Positions 29,450 to 37,062 of a stretch of DNA of 64,000 nt are shown here, one piece after another (the first letter of the stretch is position 1; each line of letters opens with the position of its first letter). A program made the position numbers and the translations under genes. The notes under the pieces are model-generated. The model searched no databases. It was not told the DNA's origin and saw nothing but the letters and a program-made list of their open reading frames with translations. The stretch covers positions 582,816 through 646,815 of the forward strand of contig JAPDJW010000002.1 in NCBI GenBank assembly GCA_029258885.1, in the 5' to 3' direction. The stretch comes from Thermoproteota archaeon. Lineage in GTDB: Archaea > Thermoproteota > Thermoprotei > Thermofilales > B9-G17.

Positions 29450-30105
29450 TTCCTAACAACGAACTCCCTAATACAGTCACAAGTATCCTCGCATTTATCC
29501 GCCATCATCTCTATAGCATCAAGCAGGTGGAACGTCACTATGGCGAAAACCGGGGTAAGATTGCTACACTTATAGAGAAAAACTCTCCTAGCCTCCTGAT
29601 AGAGGTCATCAACCTCCTCCTCAAGCCTCTCGACCCTATCCGCCAAATCGAGGGTGGCTATGGGATCCTTAAACATCATAAGAATGCTTTCATGAGTAGC
29701 CTTAGCGGTATCCAGAACCCTATTTAACATTTTCAAGGCGACCTGCCTAAGCTCCGGACAGACGCCGTCTGGAGGTATGAGAGTCATTAGTCTGGCGGCC
29801 TCCAGCGCCCAGTCAGCCACCCAATCAACCTGCCTAACGATCCTAGCAAGATAAGTCCTTATACCGGGATCCATCTCAGCCTCAGCCAGTAGATCAAGGA
29901 TCTTCCTCCTAATACCGTCGGCCTCGCTCTCGATATTAGCTACCCTCTGAAACAATCCCTCATCTATCGTGCTTTCATCAGCCCATTTACTAGCGAACTT
30001 AACGAATTCACTTACAGTCTCAATAATGTGCTCCGAGTGTCTAACTATCTCCTCCCTAATCCTCTTCTGACGCCTAGCCGAAAACCAGCTTCCAACATCA
30101 CTCAT
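29443..30105 (-). CDS. DUF47 PhoU-like phosphate transport regulator
   Basis: Duplicated helical acidic motifs IESEADGIRR..DWVAD and LEEEVDDLY..EMMADKCED. Confidence 0.85.
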   Translation of the reverse strand: MSDVGSWFSARRQKRIREEIVRHSEHIIETVSEFVKFASKWADESTIDEGLFQRVANIESEADGIRRKILDLLAEAEMDPGIRTYLARIVRQVDWVADWALEAARLMTLIPPDGVCPELRQVALKMLNRVLDTAKATHESILMMFKDPIATLDLADRVERLEEEVDDLYQEARRVFLYKCSNLTPVFAIVTFHLLDAIEMMADKCEDTCDCIREFVVRKW

Positions 30106-31201
30106 AAGCTATCGCCTTATCTAAACCTTCCCTAGGATACTTAAAAATGTATGCCCTATCTAAAGTCAAGAAGACACGGGATCCAATGCTAACAGAGGGA
30201 GCGGATAAGCGTGGAACCTTAACTAAAACACTACCTCCACCAGTCTCAACCATGTAGCGGTAGTATGAGCCTAGAAAATTAACCTCCTTAACGATGCCTG
30301 ATATCGAGTTATCGGGTCTAGAGCCGCCAGCCCTAACAATCGACACGTGTTCAGGCCTAATCCCCAAAACAACCTTCTCGCCTATCCTAAAACCTATAGA
30401 CGATTCAACCAAGACGCGTTCCTCGCCGAGGTTAACCTTAACCCTACCATCCATCGTTTCCTCAACCAATCCCTCTAAGAAGCTGGCTTCGCCGCCGATA
30501 AACTTAGCTATGAAAGGCGTCTTAGGCCTAGCATATATCTCGAATGGAGTCCCAACCTGCTCCACCCTACCCTTCCTCATAACAATTATTCTATCGGCAA
30601 TGCTTAAAGCCTCCTCCTGGTTATGGGTAATATGCAGAGCTGTCAACTTAAGATCCTTGACGAGATGCCTAAGCTCGAACCTCAACGTCTTAGCTGCACG
30701 TGGATCAACCGAGCCCAAGGGTTCATCCAGCAACAGTATCCTAGCGCCAGCCGCAACAGCTCTAGCAATAGCCACCTTCTGTTGAGTACCACGGCTAAGC
30801 TCATGAGGCATAGCACTCCTCCTCAAGTGTAGAGACATAGACCTCAAGACCTCATTACCTATAAACTCAGCCCTATCGTATCCAAGCCCCCTCACAAGTG
30901 GACCGTAGGAGACGTTATCCCAAACATTCATATGTGGAAACAGGAGTATATCCTGCATAACAAGGCCGAGACCCCTCTCGCTGATAGGAACGTTATTTAC
31001 AAGCCTACCGCCTATATAGACCTCGCCCTCATCCGGCTCAATAATCCCGGAGATAACCTTAATTAAGCTGCTCTTCCCGCTTCCACTAGGACCTATAATA
31101 CAGACGTACTCGCCGTCAAATACCTTCACCGAAACCTTATATAGGGCGACTATACGCTCCTCATATATCTTAGTAACATTCCTAACCTCGATATCAGGCA
31201 T
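30098..31201 (-). CDS. ABC ATPase (PotA/MalK-like with TOBE), degenerate signature LSRGT
   Basis: GPSGSGKSS, LSRGTQQK, LLLDEP and HITH. The probable start is ATG 31201. Confidence 0.9.
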   Translation of the reverse strand: MPDIEVRNVTKIYEERIVALYKVSVKVFDGEYVCIIGPSGSGKSSLIKVISGIIEPDEGEVYIGGRLVNNVPISERGLGLVMQDILLFPHMNVWDNVSYGPLVRGLGYDRAEFIGNEVLRSMSLHLRRSAMPHELSRGTQQKVAIARAVAAGARILLLDEPLGSVDPRAAKTLRFELRHLVKDLKLTALHITHNQEEALSIADRIIVMRKGRVEQVGTPFEIYARPKTPFIAKFIGGEASFLEGLVEETMDGRVKVNLGEERVLVESSIGFRIGEKVVLGIRPEHVSIVRAGGSRPDNSISGIVKEVNFLGSYYRYMVETGGGSVLVKVPRLSAPSVSIGSRVFLTLDRAYIFKYPREGLDKAIAYE

Positions 31202-31202
31202 A

Positions 31203-32291
31203 TTACTCCACCGCAATAGCCTTCATTAAGCCTTCCCTCGGATACGGATAGATAAGCCCATACCTCGGGGGAAGGTGAACATAAACGTAATCGTCAACCT
31301 TAACATCGGGGGCAACGCTAGTCCAGACATTAACGTGCATCTCAACACCATTAACGTCAACCAAAAACCTTGTAACTATACCTATGAACTCCCTCTCCAC
31401 AACCCTACCCCTAAAAACGTTCAAGTCGGTAGGAGGCGGATCAACCGATAAAACGATGTCCTCAGGCCTATAGGCCACCACGACGTGCCAGAACCTAACA
31501 GGCCTAGTATATACGTGGATAACCCCCAGCTTATCAGTCTCTATAACCCCTAGGCCAAGCCTAATACCACGCAGAATACCCTCAATAAAGTTAACTTCAC
31601 TGAGAAAGTTGGCGACGAAGAGGTTAGCTGGGTTCATGTAAACCTCTCTCGGGGAGCCGATCTGCTGAACAATACCCTTCCTCAGAACCATCATCCTATC
31701 AGCAATACTCATAGCCTCCTCAACATTATGGGTAACATGGAGAACAGTTAAGCCCAGCTCCCTACAGAGATTCTTCAACTCGTACCTAAGCTCAATATTA
31801 AGAAGAATATCAAGAGCACTTAGGGGTTCATCGAGAAGAAGAAGCTTAGAACCAGCAGCCAGAGCCCTAGCCAAGGCAATCCTCTGCTGCTGACCACCGC
31901 TAAGCTCATGGGGATACGAATCCCTCCTATGATACAACCCAACGAGCTTAAGAGCATCAGCAACCTTCTCCTCAGGCAACCCCTTCATCCCAGCCCCATA
32001 CGCAACATTATCCCAAACAGTCATATGGGGGAAGAGAGCATAGCCCTGAGGCATATAGCTGACATTCCTAACTTCAGGAGGAAAATCCGTAACGTCAACA
32101 CCATCGATAATAACACGACCCTTATCGGGTCTAATGAGGCCAGAAATAACTTTAAGCAGGGTAGTCTTGCCAGCACCAGTAGGGCCGAGAATACAGAAGT
32201 ACTCCCCATCGCCAACCCTAAAGCTAACATTCCTCAAAGCCCTAATACTACCGTACGACTTAGACACTGAATCAACAACCAGCTCAGGCAT
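31203..32291 (-). CDS. ABC ATPase (PotA/MalK-like with TOBE), canonical signature
   Basis: GPTGAGKTT, LSGGQQQR, LLLDEP and HVTH. The probable start is ATG 32291. Confidence 0.9.
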   Translation of the reverse strand: MPELVVDSVSKSYGSIRALRNVSFRVGDGEYFCILGPTGAGKTTLLKVISGLIRPDKGRVIIDGVDVTDFPPEVRNVSYMPQGYALFPHMTVWDNVAYGAGMKGLPEEKVADALKLVGLYHRRDSYPHELSGGQQQRIALARALAAGSKLLLLDEPLSALDILLNIELRYELKNLCRELGLTVLHVTHNVEEAMSIADRMMVLRKGIVQQIGSPREVYMNPANLFVANFLSEVNFIEGILRGIRLGLGVIETDKLGVIHVYTRPVRFWHVVVAYRPEDIVLSVDPPPTDLNVFRGRVVEREFIGIVTRFLVDVNGVEMHVNVWTSVAPDVKVDDYVYVHLPPRYGLIYPYPREGLMKAIAVE

Positions 32292-32335
32292 CAAAAACCA
32301 AATACAAAACAAAAATATAAAGATGTTGCACAACA

Positions 32336-32779
32336 TTAAAACCTATATCTAAAACGCCTAAAAAGGAGCGGAGGAATAGAAACAGAGAAAACAGAAACAG
32401 GAAATAGGGGATTAGATAAAACATAGGCTAGAAAATCAATCCTAAAAAGGAGAATCAAAACATGATGCAAAGCATCAAGGGAAATAAGGAAAGTCAAGGG
32501 ATATATGGAATACAGGCAGGCATAGGACAAAACCCTGAAAACATCCCCGTATTCAACATACCTCCTGGAGAGCGAGAGAAAATACCTATGAAGAAGAATA
32601 AGTGAAGTATAGAGAATCGTAGCTAAAACGACAGCAACCGAAACAAAATACCTACCCAGAAAACCATAAAGGGGATTATGTTCACAAAAGCCGAAATAGG
32701 AAAGCTCATACCAAGTACATACGACACTAAACTCATTGAGAAATATGCCTAAAATCGATAGCCCAATAATTTTCTTCAA
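32336..32779 (-). CDS. Small multi-TM membrane protein (DUF5658-like)
   Basis: Four hydrophobic helices; E-x-NP motif (FCEHNPLY); strongly T-rich coding strand. Confidence 0.5.
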   Translation of the reverse strand: MKKIIGLSILGIFLNEFSVVCTWYELSYFGFCEHNPLYGFLGRYFVSVAVVLATILYTSLILLHRYFLSLSRRYVEYGDVFRVLSYACLYSIYPLTFLISLDALHHVLILLFRIDFLAYVLSNPLFPVSVFSVSIPPLLFRRFRYRF

Positions 32780-32965
32780 CTTCCTATTCGTACGCCCTCA
32801 CCTGTTTTTCACGAGTGTTCTATAGTGCATGCACGAAGCTTCGAGTTAGACTTTCTTCATTATATGGAATTTTCCATCCTTATTAGTACTTATTGTAGCT
32901 GTAATTCGCTCATATATTTTATCGGGCTGATGACTGTAACGCGCCCATATCTACAATGTCTTCCA

Positions 32966-34075
32966 TTATCTTCTATATATCTTAATTCTTCTTGTATGTT
33001 TTTCCAGTTCTTTCTCCAGTACTTCTACTCCTATTCCCGGCTTTTTGGGTACGTCTATTGTTCCGTCGTTGTTTAGCGTGAATTCCGGCTCAACTATGTC
33101 TTTCTTCCAGTACCTGTTGCTTGCCGATATGTCGCTTGGATAGATTACTCCAGGTAGCGATGCTAGGGCTACATTATGTGCTCTTCCTATCCCTGTTTCA
33201 AGCATGCCTCCTATCCATACACCTAGTCCATGCTGCATCCAGAACTTCTGGATTTCTATTGACGTAGCGTGTCCGCCCACTCTTGCGGGCTTAATGTTTA
33301 TTACCCTACAGCTTCCGATCCTGTATGCTCTTACGGCGTCCTCCAGGCATTTTATGCTCTCGTCCAGACATATATCCGTTTTAATCAGCTTCTGGAGGTA
33401 TGAATGATCTATCAGGTCGTTGTAGTCCAGCGGCTGCTCTATCATGAGCAGGTTGTAGTCGTCAAGTTTCCTCAGCGTCTCGAGGTCGTTTAACGTGTAG
33501 GCGGCGTTTGCATCGACCTGAAGCATTATATCAGGATATTCTTTTCTTATTCTCTCGACTACCTCTACGTCCCATCCCGGCTTAATCTTAATTTTAATTC
33601 TGGGATATCCCTCGTCGAGCCTACGCTGAATAACCTTAATCAGCTCATCGACGGTTCTCTTTATCCCTATGCTTACGCCGCTCACTATCCTATCCCTTAC
33701 GCCCCCTAGAACCTCGTATAGGGGCTTAGATTGGAGCCGTGCATAGCAGTCCCATAGAGCCATCTCGACTCCCGCCTTAGCCATGTTGTGGCCGCGTATA
33801 CTCTTAACTATATTCGGGAATTCCCGGGGTGACTCAAGCTCCCTGCCGAGAGTCCAGGGGATTATGTAGTCCTCGAGGATGTGCCAGGCGGTTTTAACGG
33901 TTTCATAGGAGTACCAGGGCCCGTATTCTACGGGTATTTCAGCCCAGCCCTCCACGTCGTCACAAATAATCCTAACGATGATGCAGAGCCTCAGGAGGGT
34001 TTTACCGAAGCTTGTCTCAAACTCCTCCTTAAGCTTCATCTCAACGATTCTAAGCTCAATAAGCCTAACCTTCAA
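32966..34075 (-). CDS. menC: o-succinylbenzoate synthase / N-acylamino-acid racemase (enolase superfamily)
   Basis: Motifs KIKIKPG, VDANAAY, IEQPL, LDESI, NIKPARVGG, GGMLETGIG and PSDIS. Confidence 0.9.
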   Translation of the reverse strand: MKVRLIELRIVEMKLKEEFETSFGKTLLRLCIIVRIICDDVEGWAEIPVEYGPWYSYETVKTAWHILEDYIIPWTLGRELESPREFPNIVKSIRGHNMAKAGVEMALWDCYARLQSKPLYEVLGGVRDRIVSGVSIGIKRTVDELIKVIQRRLDEGYPRIKIKIKPGWDVEVVERIRKEYPDIMLQVDANAAYTLNDLETLRKLDDYNLLMIEQPLDYNDLIDHSYLQKLIKTDICLDESIKCLEDAVRAYRIGSCRVINIKPARVGGHATSIEIQKFWMQHGLGVWIGGMLETGIGRAHNVALASLPGVIYPSDISASNRYWKKDIVEPEFTLNNDGTIDVPKKPGIGVEVLEKELEKHTRRIKIYRR

Positions 34076-34105
34076 GAGACCACCGCCTAAACATAATCCT
34101 GAACA

Positions 34106-34786
34106 TTATAATAATTTATTGATAACTAGCTTCGTTAGAATGCCCCGGAATTCGATGGAGTATTTAACTCCAGCCCTATCCAGCGCTTCCCAGATGAAGC
34201 CTTCAGTATACTCTCTCCTCGGTATACCATGCATTATCGCCGATAACTTTAGGAGGAGGGCTGGCCTATGCAGCTGCTTCGCAGTTTTCACTACATCCTT
34301 TAATGGTGCGTCGTGTGATAGTTCGTATATCCAGGCCTCCCCCCTTGAGGTTAGGATTCGCATACACTCCCTAAATACCTGCTCAGGCCTCCTTATGTGG
34401 TGTAGAGTTCCCGTCGATACAGCTAAATCTATGGATCCGTCCCTTATAGGTAACATGTGGGCGTCCGCGTTAACCACGTCCGCCATAACACCGTTTTTCC
34501 TGAAATTTCTACAGGCTATCCTAGCCATAGCGTAGGAGATGTCTATTCCAACCATTAGGTCTATGCTTATCCTGGAGGCTATTAGGGAGAGAAGCTTCCC
34601 TGGTCCACATCCAATATCGACTAGTTTTCTGGCTTTAAAGGAGCATACTTCATCAACTACCTGCTTATACTCTGGCTCAAGATACTTGGATACCACTTTA
34701 TCGTATAGCTGGGCTGGACCACGTGGAATACCTTGGCCCCACTTCTGGATTTCCATGAAAAGCTTATTGATTTTATCGAGTATCAT
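34106..34786 (-). CDS. Class I SAM-dependent methyltransferase (UbiE/Methyltransf_11-like)
   Basis: Motifs VDIGCGPG, GIDIS, ADAHMLP..D and LHH. Confidence 0.88.
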   Translation of the reverse strand: MILDKINKLFMEIQKWGQGIPRGPAQLYDKVVSKYLEPEYKQVVDEVCSFKARKLVDIGCGPGKLLSLIASRISIDLMVGIDISYAMARIACRNFRKNGVMADVVNADAHMLPIRDGSIDLAVSTGTLHHIRRPEQVFRECMRILTSRGEAWIYELSHDAPLKDVVKTAKQLHRPALLLKLSAIMHGIPRREYTEGFIWEALDRAGVKYSIEFRGILTKLVINKLL

Positions 34787-34830
34787 TGAATTAATTATTT
34801 ATTTAACCCATTAATATATGGGTGGCTTAC

Positions 34831-35607
34831 GTGTGTAGGCTGCTTGGAGCGATATCCAGCGATACAGTGAATATACGTTTAAGATTTTGTGGAGTTCCTA
34901 GAACTTCACCTTTCAAGCTTGTGTACGAGAACCCTGATGCTGTAGGTGTTGCATCGTATAGCGGGGACGGCTGGAGAGTATTTAAATCCTTGGTAAAGGA
35001 GTCTAGGAGCGGGTATCCTATAGGGGAGTTTAGGGGTAGGATAGTTATAGTGCATGTTAGGAATAGGCTTCAGGGAGAGCTTAATGAGGAGAACATTCAA
35101 CCCCTGAAGTATGGAGAATGGATTTTTGCTCATCATGGGCTAGTTGATAGGGTTAATTTAGTGAAGATGCTAAGGAATAGGTATCTCAGTGAGGCTAAGG
35201 GGAGATGCGGATCTAAGGCGTTATTCTGTCTAATACTTCAGGAGATTGAGGATAAGGGCGACTTCATCGAAGGTTTTGGGTCGGCTATAGATATGATAAA
35301 CAGGATAAGGGTAGGGTATACGTCCCTCAACTTTATAGCCAGCAATGGAAGATGCATGTATGCCTTAAGGTACTCCAGGGTCAAGACAAGCTACTACATT
35401 ATCTACTATATGGATGAGCCCGACGGCATGGAGGTTGATAGGGTGTCTGAGGCTACGAGTATGGAGGTATTCCTGAAATCTAGGGGGAGGACTATTGCTG
35501 TAGCTTCGGAGAGTATAGGCGGGTGGCTTAAGTGGCTTCCGCTACCAAATAAGCATTTAATTAAGGTTGATGAGAATCTAAATCTTGAAGTAATTAAGTT
35601 ACCCTAG
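34831..35607 (+). CDS. Class II glutamine amidotransferase-fold protein (YafJ/EgtC-like) with non-canonical active-site motifs
   Basis: GTG-TGT start gives an N-terminal Cys (MCRLLG) with RBS GGTGG; HVR, ENIQPL, FAHHG, LNF and VASE. Confidence 0.8.
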   Translation: MCRLLGAISSDTVNIRLRFCGVPRTSPFKLVYENPDAVGVASYSGDGWRVFKSLVKESRSGYPIGEFRGRIVIVHVRNRLQGELNEENIQPLKYGEWIFAHHGLVDRVNLVKMLRNRYLSEAKGRCGSKALFCLILQEIEDKGDFIEGFGSAIDMINRIRVGYTSLNFIASNGRCMYALRYSRVKTSYYIIYYMDEPDGMEVDRVSEATSMEVFLKSRGRTIAVASESIGGWLKWLPLPNKHLIKVDENLNLEVIKLP

Positions 35608-35683
35608 CACTATAGCTGAAATAGTGGATGTATATCCTTAAAATTGATATTTGTGAACAGCTAATTTATTGGCGGTGTAGCTG

Positions 35684-36040
35684 ATGTCTATAGGCTTAGG
35701 TCGTAAAGCTAGGAAGAAGAAGGAGATTGAGGAGGTTACTGAGGAAAGGAAGGTGGAGGCTGAAGAGTTTAGGGAGACTCTTCAGATTCTCTCGGACTTT
35801 ATAGTGGATAAGCTTCCAGCAGTTCTAAAGAGTATAACCGATACGATCTACAGTGAGGAGAATGCTAGGAAGGTTGCTCGATGCTTCGTCGCCTTCTATC
35901 AGGAGCTCATTAGAGGAGGATTATCTAGGGAGGAGGCCTTCGAGATGGCGAAGAAGTACTATGAGGAGTCGCTTGCACTAAGCAAGATTTTAAGTTCGAT
36001 ACCTAAGTCCGCAAGGTTTGAGGTATCCAGAAGGGATTAG
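35684..36040 (+). CDS. Conserved hypothetical helical protein
   Basis: 118-aa ORF with RBS GGTG; acidic/amphipathic helices. Confidence 0.7.
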   Translation: MSIGLGRKARKKKEIEEVTEERKVEAEEFRETLQILSDFIVDKLPAVLKSITDTIYSEENARKVARCFVAFYQELIRGGLSREEAFEMAKKYYEESLALSKILSSIPKSARFEVSRRD

Positions 36041-36118
36041 TTGTGTAAAATGAGTTTAGACTAATTTTTTCCATACCCCCTAACCCATTAATCCCTTTAA
36101 CTAAATTAATAGCCCTAG

Positions 36119-36315
36119 ATATACAGCGAAGGAATGCTAGGAGTCGAGCGTTTAAAACCTTTAAATCGGAGCTTGTTAAAGGAGGTATCCCCGAGGAAGC
36201 TATGGCGAGAATATACATCTCTGGCGTAAGTATGCTTGGAAACCACATGATAGAATCTATTAATGATGGCACGTTTATGTCGATGCTGAAGTCTCTAGCT
36301 AAGAGGTCTGCCTAA
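36119..36315 (+). pseudogene. Decayed tandem paralog of the 35684-36040 gene
   Basis: ATATACAGCGAAGG-AATGCTAGG versus ATCTACAGTGAGGAGAATGCTAGG in the intact gene. It translates as NARSRAFKTFKSELVKGGIPEEAMARIY versus NARKVARCFVAFYQELIRGGLSREEAFEMAKKY. Confidence 0.6.
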
Positions 36316-36703
36316 ACTCCTTAACTATCTGCTCGAAAATTTTTCTATCTCCAGCCAGCAGGATACCGTAGCTAGCTATCTCCTCAACTACCTTGCTTCC
36401 ACGTCTAGCCATCTCAAGGATTTCATCCCTAGTATATACTCTGGGCTCCACATCCACGCTTAACGTGGGATCTAGGAAATCCTTTATCCTATCCATAGGT
36501 CTACTCGGGACATTATCAGCTATAACCACTACATCAGCGTCCGAAAACGCTGTATAGTCCCCCCTTGCAAGCGACCCCACGAGAATAACCGCTAGAGCCC
36601 CCCTGTTGATAGCTCTCTCAGCATAGCCTTTAAGCTCCTCAGTAACCCTCCTATAATCCAGCTTAAAGAATCTTACTTCTGCAGTATTCGACGATTCTCT
36701 CAC
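36299..36703 (-). CDS. Minimal nucleotidyltransferase (MNT antitoxin)
   Basis: GS-x10-DxD motif GSLARGDYTAFSDAD. Confidence 0.88.
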   Translation of the reverse strand: MRESSNTAEVRFFKLDYRRVTEELKGYAERAINRGALAVILVGSLARGDYTAFSDADVVVIADNVPSRPMDRIKDFLDPTLSVDVEPRVYTRDEILEMARRGSKVVEEIASYGILLAGDRKIFEQIVKEFRQTS

Positions 36704-37052
36704 AGTACCTCACCGCCCTCCTAGCATCCTCCTCCGAGTAATAGTCCATTGGAGCGCCCTCGGGATGAAAATTTGGATATCTCGTCGGAATATAGTGCCT
36801 ATCAAGCTCCATAGCCATATCCACAAGCTCCTGAGGAGGCCTTAAATCATCTGGAAGATTCCTAAGCATGCGTGAAACCGAGTGACCCCAAACTTCAACT
36901 CCAATATGCTGGTAAAGAGCCTTTACAGCTTTCTCGGCCGCCTGTTGCGATGCAAAGCATGCCCACTCGTAGTCCCCCATCTCTAGGGATCTTCTCGCAT
37001 GCTCTAAGTCCCTTAGAGCCTGTCTAAGCCAATCTCTCGCCCTAGATACCAC
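36663..37052 (-). CDS. HEPN-domain protein (HEPN-MNT toxin-antitoxin pair)
   Basis: Motifs WACFASQQAAEKAVKA, GHS and YIPTRYP; overlaps the MNT gene. Confidence 0.9.
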   Translation of the reverse strand: MVSRARDWLRQALRDLEHARRSLEMGDYEWACFASQQAAEKAVKALYQHIGVEVWGHSVSRMLRNLPDDLRPPQELVDMAMELDRHYIPTRYPNFHPEGAPMDYYSEEDARRAVRYCERIVEYCRSKIL

Positions 37053-37062
37053 TGAACGTCAC

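Noticed and set aside
32926-32960. C/D-box RNA starting at CTGATGA
   Set aside because: No D' or D box at the expected spacing.
36003-36272. 89-aa minus-strand ORF as a real gene
   Set aside because: It is the antisense shadow of the decayed plus-strand paralog and overlaps the 3' end of the 35684 gene.
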